Positions 49,573 to 59,177 of a stretch of DNA of 64,000 nucleotides are shown here, piece by piece. The notes beneath the pieces are model-generated. The model searched no databases and was not told the origin of the DNA. It worked only from the letters and a program-made list of their open reading frames with translations. Source of the stretch: Candidatus Poribacteria bacterium (GTDB lineage: Bacteria > Poribacteria > WGA-4E > WGA-3G); assembly GCA_965261125.1 (NCBI GenBank), contig CBDHCS010000003.1, positions 460,801 through 524,800 on the forward strand. The letters are read 5' to 3'. A program made the translations under genes and the position numbers. Within the stretch, counting starts at the first letter, position 1. Every line of letters begins with the position of its first letter.

Positions 49573-51324
49573 TTACCTTTTTTTAGAGGCTTTGTCAAGA
49601 GCTGTATAAGGTGTTTTCTTCTTTTGAGCCTTCCTTCTTGCGCACCAATACGTAAACTGCCGATAATAATAACCTATATTTTTCGGAATGTTCTCAAATT
49701 CTGGCACGAATTGACACATCCCACCCAGAACAACCAACTGCTCCTTCGCACGCGTCATTGCTACATAAAAGACGCGGCGTTCTTCTTCAAGGACCGTATC
49801 CTTCCGCGGAAACCTACGATCCAACGTGTTGTGAATAAGGATAACCCTCTCCCATTCACGTCCCTTTGCTTTGTGTATTGTTGTCACCTCTACTGGAGGA
49901 GATTCGGGCACACTGGATAATATCTCATCAATCCGATCAACCTCGTAGTTCGTTCTGACAAGGATTGCGGTCTCAACATTCTCGGATATTTTTTCTAATA
50001 GATGTTTTTTGATGGTTTCAGGCGTTGTCTCTATAATGTCTATCTCATTTTTTATCGGATTATAGGAACGTAGGTTTTTCCGAATCCGAGGCTTGTTTCG
50101 TTCAATTATGGCTCTTGCATGCTCAACAATTGTTGACGTGGAACGATAATTACGGGTTATCTCATATTGAACGACATCTGATCGGTTGGAAAATTTCTGC
50201 ATAATTTGGGAATCACCGCCGCGAAAGCTATAAATCGCTTGGTCATCGTCTCCGACCGTAAAAAGATTCTCTGATAACTGCGAAATCAACCGAAAGTCAA
50301 TCGGTGCAATGTCTTGAAATTCGTCAACAAGCACATAAGGGTATCTGTCTTGGTAGGTCTGGCGGATATCTGGATGAGTTTCTAACAGATTTGCGGCGTA
50401 GATAATCATATCCTCAAAATCAACAGCATTCGCTGCTGATTTTTGGTCTTCATATTTCTTTGCAAATTCGCGTGCAACAGGATTTTGTAATGTGTTTGGA
50501 TCAAAAAGCCCGGCTTTAACCTGTCGCTTTGCTCGCATAACAATCTCCTTTATATCGTTGAAACGTTCACGGAGATTTTCAAAATCGGGGTCTCTATCCA
50601 GATGATCAGTGTATTGGACATTAAAGTGTTGGCAGAACATCTCAAGCATAAGTTGATTGCTAAATTGTTCTCGCATCGGGTCTGCTCGGTTGAACACTTC
50701 GCTGCAGTTTTTGTAATATCTAATCCAATGTGCTTCGCGTCTGTTCGCCTCTCTTCCTTCAACCTGTTCCAACACCTTAAAAGTGAACTGCGATTCTCCT
50801 TCAGCTCGAATGGCTTGACGGAGTCGATCATTTGATGAGTGGTCAAAATGTTCACGCCTACGCCGCTCTGGATTTGTTGACTGTCCTATATAACATTTGC
50901 CCGTCTGTTTGTTCTGAATTTTATAGATGGAAACAGTCGTTTTTGACGCTGTCTGCTCAATTTGTTTTCTTTCTTCTGTAATAATTCGATTGATTTCGCC
51001 TGACCAAATTTCGGGACGATGTCCAAATCCTGCACGCTTGTAGTTTGCGGTGACAATGTCTTTCCCAAAAGCGTGGAGCGTACGGATGACTGGCAAAGTC
51101 TCTTTTGACTTTAGCCCAAGGATAATCCGATTTTCCATCTCTTCAACTGCTTTTCTATTGAATGCTATGGCGAGGATTTTTGAGGGAGGAATATTGTGGG
51201 TTCGAATGAGGTTGAGAATACGTGCTGTTACGACTCTCGTTTTACCGCTCCCTGGTCCAGCGACAACGATGGCAGGTCCAGTAAAATGGTTGACAGCTTT
51301 CTCTTGGTTTTTGTCAAGATTCAT
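49573..51324 (-). CDS. compact UvrD-like SF1 helicase with inserted GIY-YIG nuclease domain
   Basis: Helicase motif I is VVAGPGSGKT, motif Ia AIAFNRKA, motif II VLVDEFQD and motif III VGDDDQAIYSFRGG, with TTIHKAKGREWERVIL and YVAMTRAKEQL as motifs V and VI. Between Ia and II lies SIYKIQNKQTGKCYIGQSTN...RRRREH...E...N, a GIY-YIG nuclease signature. Confidence 0.75.
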   Translation of the reverse strand: MNLDKNQEKAVNHFTGPAIVVAGPGSGKTRVVTARILNLIRTHNIPPSKILAIAFNRKAVEEMENRIILGLKSKETLPVIRTLHAFGKDIVTANYKRAGFGHRPEIWSGEINRIITEERKQIEQTASKTTVSIYKIQNKQTGKCYIGQSTNPERRRREHFDHSSNDRLRQAIRAEGESQFTFKVLEQVEGREANRREAHWIRYYKNCSEVFNRADPMREQFSNQLMLEMFCQHFNVQYTDHLDRDPDFENLRERFNDIKEIVMRAKRQVKAGLFDPNTLQNPVAREFAKKYEDQKSAANAVDFEDMIIYAANLLETHPDIRQTYQDRYPYVLVDEFQDIAPIDFRLISQLSENLFTVGDDDQAIYSFRGGDSQIMQKFSNRSDVVQYEITRNYRSTSTIVEHARAIIERNKPRIRKNLRSYNPIKNEIDIIETTPETIKKHLLEKISENVETAILVRTNYEVDRIDEILSSVPESPPVEVTTIHKAKGREWERVILIHNTLDRRFPRKDTVLEEERRVFYVAMTRAKEQLVVLGGMCQFVPEFENIPKNIGYYYRQFTYWCARRKAQKKKTPYTALDKASKKR

Positions 51325-51512
51325 ATTTGATCGTAGGAAAGAATATTTTTGCTTAGTATATCATTAGAGAGCTGTGAAGTCAAAACGTTTATAACTTGAA
51401 TAAAATGGCAGTTGACTTCAACAAACCCACGTGATATAATATTTGAATATAAATTTAGGAAAACCGCAAACATTAATTACACCGGTGATAGTTTGCCTGA
51501 GTAAAACATTTT

Positions 51513-52442
51513 ATGAATTACATCTTTACTTGTATTCTCATCATAACTTCTATCTTCATGTGTATACCTGTTGCAGCCGATAGCACAGACATTCATGAGA
51601 ACGCAGGAACACGCGCGATGACATTTCTCAAGATCGGTGTCGGTGCGAAAGCAATGGGAATGGGAGAGTCCCAAGTTGCTGCAACAGACGATCTTTATGC
51701 TTCATACTGGAATCCAGCCGGTCTCACAAGGCTACAAAAACCGCAACTTGCTCTGATGCATAACGAATGGTTTGCTGGAATCAATCATGAGTTTGTAGGA
51801 TTTGCCATTCCGATTGGAAAAAATACTGTTGGTGCAAGTGCTAATTTCTTATCCTTTGGTGAATTGCAAGGACGCGATCAAGAAGGAAATGAAACAACCC
51901 TTTTTCGGCCTTACGATTTAGCAGTGACACTTTCCTATGCTCGCAGCTTTAGTACGAGGCTCGCTTTCGGGGTAAATGCCAAACTTCTACGAGAACAGAT
52001 TGCTGAAGATAGCGGACGTGGGATTGCATTCGATCTCGGTGGGTTATATGCTTTTGCTAACGTTCCCCTTTCACTCGGTTTTAACGCACAACATATCGGT
52101 CCTCGAGTGCAGTACGTTGAGGACGCGTTTGAACTCCCTTTCACGTTCAGATTAGGCACAGCATATCTATTATGGAACGATGCTGCTGTCCTAACAATGG
52201 ATTTCATTCGTCCCACCGACAACGATAATTCTATCGGGATAGGAGGGGCTTACACGATAGGTAACATTTTGCAACTGCGGGCAGGTTATATATATAAACT
52301 CGGGGGCAACGATTTAGGGGCAACTTCAGGGCTTAGAGGCGGTTTTGGACTGGCTCTCCGAAAATTTCAAATTGATTACGCACTCGTACCATTCGGTGAT
52401 TTGGGACTGACACACCGATTTTCTTTGATTGCCACTTTTTAG
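51513..52442 (+). CDS. FadL/PorV-like outer-membrane beta-barrel protein (paralog of 44909-45988)
   Basis: A signal peptide is followed by the GTRAMTFLKIGVGAKAMGMGESQVAATDDLYASYWNPAGL motif. The protein ends in C-terminal Phe. Confidence 0.6.
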   Translation: MNYIFTCILIITSIFMCIPVAADSTDIHENAGTRAMTFLKIGVGAKAMGMGESQVAATDDLYASYWNPAGLTRLQKPQLALMHNEWFAGINHEFVGFAIPIGKNTVGASANFLSFGELQGRDQEGNETTLFRPYDLAVTLSYARSFSTRLAFGVNAKLLREQIAEDSGRGIAFDLGGLYAFANVPLSLGFNAQHIGPRVQYVEDAFELPFTFRLGTAYLLWNDAAVLTMDFIRPTDNDNSIGIGGAYTIGNILQLRAGYIYKLGGNDLGATSGLRGGFGLALRKFQIDYALVPFGDLGLTHRFSLIATF

Positions 52443-52461
52443 GAATAGACCCGTTTTCGGG

Positions 52462-53178
52462 CTATCGTTGTTTAGCGGCATGAATAAACGCCTCAAATAA
52501 CTTTTCTGCATGTCGACGAAGTTCTGGCTTTTTAAGCATCCGTTCAGGATGATATTGCACACCTATCACAAACCGCTTCGATGGGTTTTCTACTGCCTCA
52601 ATGATGCCATCCTCTGAGTACGCTGTCACAACAAACTCTTCGCCAATCTCGTCTACTGCTTGATGATGGGCTGAGTTCACTAAGGTTTGATGCTCATTTA
52701 CAATTTCGCTTAGCCGGCTATACGGTTTAATCTCAATTGGATGCCGAGAATCCTCTCCAGATTCATCTACCTTATGGTTAAGTGCCTCTCTTGGATATAC
52801 TGCTTCTATATCTTGATAGAGACTTCCGCCCATTGCAACACTCATCACCTGGATACCACGGCAAATTCCGAAAACAGGAATATTGGCTTGCAAAGCTTTT
52901 TGACACAACCGTAGTTCTAAAGCGTCACGAGATCTGCTCACATTATTAACTTCAGGATGCCGTTTCTGAAAAAAAAGAGTCGAATCAATGTCGCCACCGC
53001 CTGGCAATAGAAGCCCATCAATTTCCTCAAGATATTTCGGAATAGATGCCAAATGTTCAGGAATCGATTTTTCCAGTGACGCGAATATGATCGGGTCTCC
53101 TCCAAAATTTACAATTGCATCGGTATAGTTTTCCATGCGGACATTTTTTTTGCAAGTGATGCCGATTTTCAATGACAC
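52462..53178 (-). CDS. class I glutamine amidotransferase, peptidase C26 / gamma-glutamyl-GABA hydrolase-like
   Basis: 238 aa with GGGDID, a catalytic Cys in GICRGIQ and HHQ. Confidence 0.8.
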   Translation of the reverse strand: MSLKIGITCKKNVRMENYTDAIVNFGGDPIIFASLEKSIPEHLASIPKYLEEIDGLLLPGGGDIDSTLFFQKRHPEVNNVSRSRDALELRLCQKALQANIPVFGICRGIQVMSVAMGGSLYQDIEAVYPREALNHKVDESGEDSRHPIEIKPYSRLSEIVNEHQTLVNSAHHQAVDEIGEEFVVTAYSEDGIIEAVENPSKRFVIGVQYHPERMLKKPELRRHAEKLFEAFIHAAKQR

Positions 53179-53370
53179 AGTGAAAATCTCCCTTCAAAAT
53201 TGTTTTGGATATGATTATAGAAATTTGTTATTTTGCTTTATTATAATTTCATCCGTATGCTTCCTTTACAATATAATTATTAGACAAAAGGAGCATAAGG
53301 ATGGATCTATAGGATACATTAGAACAGTATATTATGCAACCGAAAACTAAATAACCTTGCCAACAATCCT

Positions 53371-53405
53371 TTTAACTTGCATCGTCCGACAATACATGGT
53401 AAACT
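53371..53405 (+). promoter_or_regulatory. sigma-70-like promoter candidate TTGCAT-N17-TAAACT (duplicated at 53594-53626)
   Basis: Two copies of TTAACTTGCATC, each followed by a 17-nt spacer and TAAACT, lie upstream of arc. Confidence 0.3.
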
Positions 53406-53422
53406 GACAGACTTTGTAGCAT

Positions 53423-53540
53423 AATCTGTTAGATTAGGTTGCTTATAAGTGAGCAAACTGTCAGTTTGCGGCACGGAATTTCGTAAATAATGAATATTCT
53501 CGCTAAAAAAAAACGGTGTTTGCATGTCCAAAATCTTCTC
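53423..53540 (+). ncRNA. candidate non-coding element B (paralog of 34321-34430)
   Basis: AATCTGTTAGATTAGGTT ... AAAAACGGTGTTTGCATGTCCAAAATCTTC, in the 570-bp divergent region upstream of arc. Confidence 0.35.
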
Positions 53541-53798
53541 CATAGCAACTTGGGTTATATTATAAGGCTATAGGACAGAATATATTTCCGCGATAACTGA
53601 TTTTTTAACTTGCATCTATTTACGAAGTATGTTAAACTAATGGCAATTGTCAAAGTTGAGTCAATTTTTTAGCAAATCTGCCAAAAATCAAGAATTATTG
53701 AATATATTTGCTAACATATCCGGTAAATTCGCAAATTAGTTGGAAATGTGGTAAACTCTATCGTAAAGTCACCCTTTTTGTCTGAGGAGACGTTCAAA

Positions 53799-55698
53799 AT
53801 GAACGATAAAGAGAAATTTAACAACGAAAAAGAAAAGTTCGGTGAGACTGGCGGAAACCGTTATGATCATAAATCTTTTGAAGACGAGGATGAGTTGGAA
53901 CTGGAGGAGGATATTGAGGATGAGACAAATTCCAACTACTCCCAGCGATTTATTAACTCGCACCAGAACCATTATGATCGTGGATCTTTTGAGGATGAGG
54001 ATGAGTTGGAACTGGAGGAGGATATTGAAGATGAGGCAAGTTCTGGCTATTCCTTGCGGTTAATCCATCATATTATCTCAGAAACACCCGTGGAAGACCG
54101 TAGACGGCGTTTGTTAATTGAATTACGCCGCTCAATCATCAATGATGAAGGCGAATTTCGGCAGAGAGTTCGAGCCATTGAACAGGAAGCAGTCCGCATA
54201 CATACTGAGATGGCAGAACAAATTGATAAACTGACCGCGCCAGCAAATCGCATCGGAACACTCCTCGCGATCCCCGAAGACGACACAGCACGCGTCACTG
54301 TTGCCGGATCTGAATACTATGCTAATATTGACCCGCAATTAGAGACAGAAAACCTTAAAAAAGGAATGAGTGTGCTTCTAAACGAGGCTTTTGTCGTTGT
54401 TGGTGAACTCGGCTATACTGAATCAGGACCAATTGCCAAAATTGCCGATGTACTTCCCGATGGCAGGCTTCGCGTTGGGTCTGAACCGAGTCTCCAATCT
54501 GTTATTATTGAACGCGCTACAGATTTGGCAGATGTCAAACTAAAGTCCGGTGACGAAGTCCGCCTTGATGCCAATTTAAAGGTTGCCATTGAACGAATCG
54601 CCTCAAAAGAGCAGAAAGATTATGCACTTGAAGCAGTACCGCAAATTCCATGGACAAAAGTTGGCGGACTTGACGAAACTATTCAGCGGATTAAGGATAC
54701 TATTGAACAACCGATTCTGCACCCTGAACTCTTCAAGCGGTTTCAATATACTGTACCAAAAGGATTCCTTCTCCACGGTCCCCCCCGGTTGTGGCAAAAC
54801 GCTTATCGGGAAAGCAACCGCTTATAACTTAACAGAACGTCTCAAAACAGAAACAGGTGAGGAGATTGAAGGTACTTTCCTTCATATTAAAGGTCCTGAA
54901 ATACTCAATATGTGGCTCGGTGAGTCGGAGCGGAAAGTCAGAGAAATCTTTCAGATGGCACGCGAGAAGCGCGATGAGGGTAAACTTGCATTTGTCTTTA
55001 TTGACGAAGCAGAATCCATTTTGGGAACTCGCCGTGCTATGCGCTCACATAGCATCTCTAATACGCTGGTACCGATGTTCTGCGCAGAAATGGATGGAAT
55101 TGAACCCTTGCAAGAGGTCGTTATCATTTTAGCAACTAATCGTCCCGACTTAATTGACCCAGCTATTCTCCGACCAGGACGAATTGATAGAAAAATTAAA
55201 GTGACACGCCCAAATAAAGAGGCTGCCAAAGATATTTTCGGTATCTATCTAACACCGGACCTCCCCATTGAAATGGAAGATAGTGAGACTACAGACAAAG
55301 AGGTCGTTGATGACTTGATAACACAAGTCATTGATGAAATGTTTCGCGAATCAACAGAAAACCGATTCCTTGAAGTTGCGCTTCGCAGCGGTAGGCGCGA
55401 CATTCTCTACCGCGGTCATCTCTGTAGCGGTGCAATCATTGAGTCTATTGTTCAGAGAGCGAAAGAATCTGCTATGAAACGTGCCATCGCAGCCCCCGAA
55501 ACAGAGACAGGCATTTCGTTAGACGATCTATTAGGCGCACTCAATTCAGAATATAGCGAAAACGACATTTTTCCGCCGACCGAGGCTACTGAGGATTGGC
55601 TTAAACTTCTTGACTATGATCCCGTGAATGTTGTTAAAGTTACGCCTATTCAAACAGAAAAGAGAGAGTCCCAAAAAACACCAAGTCCGGTGATTTAA
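53799..55698 (+). CDS. arc: proteasome-associated AAA ATPase ARC/Mpa, interrupted by +1 frameshift in a C7 tract (54780-54786)
   Basis: A GAGGAG ribosome-binding site precedes ATG 53799. The first ORF ends ...LLHGPPRLWQ. The overlapping second frame continues (GPP)GCGKTLIGKA (Walker A) and then Walker B FVFIDEAES, which reconstitutes one AAA protein. The position 5' of dop-pup-prcBA-pafA fits arc. Confidence 0.8.
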
Positions 55699-55755
55699 CG
55701 CTTAACTTCCGTCGGAGATCTAGCACATACTGCCGAAACTATAGAAGACGTAATA

Positions 55756-57273
55756 ATGCATAGACTTTTTGGAATCGAAACTGAATACGGCATTACACTC
55801 GAAAGTGCTGAACAAATTGATCCGGTCAAGGAATCGATTGAACTGATAAAGAATTATCGGCGCGACCCGTTCTTACCACTCTGGGACTACAACGGCGAAG
55901 ACCCATTTCGAGATGAACGCGGTTTCCGAGCAAAGCACCTCAATAACCATCCTGATGAAGTGGAGGAAGAAAAACGCGACAAAGAGCGATTTGCCAAAGA
56001 ACCGGGGCGTTCTTTCCGAGAGATCAAAAGTGATCGTATCCTTATTAATGGTGCACGGCTTTACAATGACCACGCGCATCCAGAATATTCGACACCGGAG
56101 TGTCAAGACCTGTTTGATCTCGTCGCACACGATAAAGCTGGAGAGAGAATCCTCCAGAAATGTGCTGAAAGACGTAGCCAAGAACTTGGTGAACGTGTCA
56201 TCTTATATAAAAACAATACTGATTTCTACGGACATAGTTACGGATGCCACGATAATTATCTTATGGCTCGCGAAGTGCCTTTTGATTACCTTAAAACTTG
56301 CATTCTCCCGTTTTTCGTTACACGACAAATTTTTGCTGGAGCTGGCAAAATAGGTATTGAAACCGAAGCAGGACTCGCGACACCTGGACATTTTCAACTC
56401 ACACAACGTTCCGACTTCTTTCACGTTGAAGCAAGTGTGGATACGATGCACAAACGGCCTATCGTTAACACGCGAGACGAACCGCATGCTGACCCCGCTA
56501 CATATCGCCGACTTCACGGTATCGTCGGAGACGCAAACATGTCTGAATACGCAACGGCACTCAAGATCGGGACAACTGCTCTTGTTATTGACCTAATTGA
56601 ACAGCGGCTTGTTCCTACGGCATTCGCAATTGCCAATCCTATTGATACCATCAAAACAATTTCGCATGACCAGACGTACCGATGGATGCTACAGAAAGTT
56701 GATGGGAAAATGATCAGTGCAATTGACCATCAACGTGAATATCTTGCGCTTGCACAAAAACATCTTGCACATCAAAATAGTGACACCGATTGGGTCTTGA
56801 CACAGTGGGAGGAGACGCTCGACGCACTTGAAAATGACCCCATGACACTTATAGATCGTCTCGATTGGGTTGCCAAAAAATGGTTGTTGGAAACCTTTGT
56901 TGAATCAGAAGATATTGAATGGGACGATCCTTGGTTGCAAAGCATTGATTTAGAGTACCATAACATCGATCTTGAAGAGGGGTTATTTTACGGATTACAG
57001 ATGCAACGGGTTGTAACGGATGAACAGATTCGGACCGCTATACAGACGCCACCATTGAACACGCGCGCTTATTTCCGTGGCACATCCCTTAACAGATTTG
57101 AAGATGCTATAAAAACTGTCCAATGGGACAGTATTACTTTTGATATTAAAGGCAAACCAGTTACCGTTAACATGAATTCGCTTGCAAACCCTGAACTTGC
57201 ACGAAAATATAATGAAGCTCTTGACCAATCACCAAACCTCCAAACCCTTGTAGAAAAACTTGGTTTACACTAA
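55756..57273 (+). CDS. dop: Pup deamidase/depupylase Dop (PafA/Dop family)
   Basis: 505 aa. The N-terminus MHRLFGIETEYG is the carboxylate-amine ligase signature of the Dop/PafA family. The gene sits immediately upstream of pup, as in actinobacteria, and is longer than its paralog at 59178-60638. Confidence 0.75.
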   Translation: MHRLFGIETEYGITLESAEQIDPVKESIELIKNYRRDPFLPLWDYNGEDPFRDERGFRAKHLNNHPDEVEEEKRDKERFAKEPGRSFREIKSDRILINGARLYNDHAHPEYSTPECQDLFDLVAHDKAGERILQKCAERRSQELGERVILYKNNTDFYGHSYGCHDNYLMAREVPFDYLKTCILPFFVTRQIFAGAGKIGIETEAGLATPGHFQLTQRSDFFHVEASVDTMHKRPIVNTRDEPHADPATYRRLHGIVGDANMSEYATALKIGTTALVIDLIEQRLVPTAFAIANPIDTIKTISHDQTYRWMLQKVDGKMISAIDHQREYLALAQKHLAHQNSDTDWVLTQWEETLDALENDPMTLIDRLDWVAKKWLLETFVESEDIEWDDPWLQSIDLEYHNIDLEEGLFYGLQMQRVVTDEQIRTAIQTPPLNTRAYFRGTSLNRFEDAIKTVQWDSITFDIKGKPVTVNMNSLANPELARKYNEALDQSPNLQTLVEKLGLH

Positions 57274-57338
57274 CCCAGCTTGTTAAAGGGTTATAATCCA
57301 AAAACTGCTTTCGTGAAGCAATTAAGGAGATTTTTCCG

Positions 57339-57536
57339 ATGAGAGACAAGATTGTTTATTTTCCTGAACGCAAACAGAGACCCGTAAAACCGATGGAACC
57401 CGGCGACGGCGGAGACGATAATAACGCTCCCAAACGTCCCGACGTTAATAGACCGGACACACAAGAACTCCTCAAACGTATGCGCCGTGTTGACAAAGAT
57501 CAATCCCGGCGGTATCGTCAGAGAACGGGGGAATAA
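57339..57536 (+). CDS. pup: prokaryotic ubiquitin-like protein Pup (non-canonical)
   Basis: 65-aa ORF filling the dop-prcB gap, with an AAGGAG ribosome-binding site. Its TAA stop overlaps the prcB ATG (TAATG). The N-terminal half is disordered and acidic. The protein ends ...YRQRTGE, a terminal Glu, but TGE rather than canonical GG(Q/E). Confidence 0.55.
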   Translation: MRDKIVYFPERKQRPVKPMEPGDGGDDNNAPKRPDVNRPDTQELLKRMRRVDKDQSRRYRQRTGE

Positions 57537-58366
57537 TGTACCATAAAGGCGACTTTCTTAGCCTTTTAAAAAACGCAGACACCTTGCAAGTTGATGGTGA
57601 AACGCCTACAAAAGCATTAATTCATGGTGCTTTTCAGGTGCCATCGGATGAACAAGTATCCCATGGTACCAAGGTAGAGATACCGGAAGCTACGACGGTT
57701 GTTGCCATGCGTTACAAAGAAGGTATTATTATTGCAGGTGACCGGCGTGCCACTGCTGGTACTGCTGTTGTTCATGACCGTGCTGAGAAAGTCCTTCCTA
57801 TTGACACACATTCTGTTCTTGCCATATCTGGGGCACCAGCGATGGCTTATGAAATAGCGCGTGTCTTAAAACATTCATTCCAATATTTTCGGCGCAGCCA
57901 ACTCCAAGAACTCAGTGTAGAAGGAAAACTGCGAACGCTTTCACGGCTTATTCGTGATAATCTACCCATGGCACTGCAGGGTATCGGTGCGGTTATCCCG
58001 ATCTTTGCTTTGTACGTGCCGCAAACCGACGAATCGGAAAATGGCGGTAAAATTTTCTTCTACGATGCACTCGGTGCACACTTTGAGAACGTGGATTTTG
58101 CAACTACTGGTTCCGGTTCAGTTTGGATACGTGGGGTGTTACGTTACCTTGACAGATGGGGCGAAACCCGTTTGGAAAAGATGGATCAACAACAAGCAAC
58201 CGTTACTATTTTAAGGCTACTTGACACCGCAAGTGAATATGATGCCGCTACCAGTGGATATAACGCAAAAGCCGAAATTTTCCCCACTCTCAAAACTATT
58301 ACGCGGCAAGGGATAGAAACACTCACTGACCAATACTTATCGGAATGTTATACGGAGGTTACTTGA
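57536..58366 (+). CDS. prcB: 20S proteasome beta subunit with propeptide
   Basis: 276 aa. After the propeptide comes ...EA|TTVVAMRYKEGIIIAGDRRATAG, which places catalytic Thr1 at TTVVA. Confidence 0.88.
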   Translation: MYHKGDFLSLLKNADTLQVDGETPTKALIHGAFQVPSDEQVSHGTKVEIPEATTVVAMRYKEGIIIAGDRRATAGTAVVHDRAEKVLPIDTHSVLAISGAPAMAYEIARVLKHSFQYFRRSQLQELSVEGKLRTLSRLIRDNLPMALQGIGAVIPIFALYVPQTDESENGGKIFFYDALGAHFENVDFATTGSGSVWIRGVLRYLDRWGETRLEKMDQQQATVTILRLLDTASEYDAATSGYNAKAEIFPTLKTITRQGIETLTDQYLSECYTEVT

Positions 58367-59136
58367 TGCGCGATCTGCCATATCGTTGGATTGAAGCAAT
58401 TCAGGACCGACGTGATTACATAGAAGACCAACTCAGGCTCGGAAGTCCCGTCGTTGGACTACCTTACGCACAAGGCAGCCTCCTATTGACCGTGAGTAAA
58501 GGTGCACAGAAAATTTTTGAAGTCCATGATAGAATTGCACTCTCCGCTATCGGACATCCCGCTGATATTGAACGTCTCCGAATGCTTGTGACCGATACTG
58601 CAAGCGTTCAAGCCTTTCAGAGCGCGACTGAAGATGTAAACTTGCACAGACTAACCCACTATGTTTTAGCGCATACCTTCAAACAAGCATTTGAAGCAAT
58701 AGTCGGTGAGGCATACATTATAAAAATGCTCCTTGTTGAAATCGGGAATGGTGATGCCGCAACGCAATTTACGCATATTAATTATGATGGTAACGTTAAA
58801 GTCCAACACGAATCATCAGTAATTGGCGGCACCACAGAAATCGAAAACGCTATGCAAGATTATCTCACTGCGGCACAAACCGATGCAAAACCCGATCTTC
58901 CCACTGCACTTCAGTTAGCACTTAAAACTTGGGCAGTCGGTAGAGGGTTAAGCCAACGTTTTGAGGATGCGGATGACAATACCGAAGTGACGGATGAGCA
59001 GATAGACGAAGTCATCAAAACGGAATTAGAAGATGGAGATATTGAGGTGGGTGTGCTTGATTCTACCTTATCTGGAGATACCAAATTCCGGATCCTGACT
59101 CAAGACGAAATTCAGGCAGCGCGCAAAACTACATAA
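58365..59136 (+). CDS. prcA: 20S proteasome alpha subunit
   Basis: The prcB stop and the ATG overlap (ATGA). The start MRDLPYRWIEA resembles the actinobacterial PrcA N-terminus. The ORF track begins 20 nt earlier. Confidence 0.8.
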
Positions 59137-59177
59137 TAACTTCTCATCAAACTGACAGCCGATTAAGGAACAAACCT

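Noticed and set aside
53748-55698. Two separate genes (53748-54827 and 54583-55698) as listed in the ORF track
   Set aside because: The two frames encode contiguous halves of one AAA ATPase, and the Walker A box straddles the junction. A single +1 shift in a C7 run explains the split.
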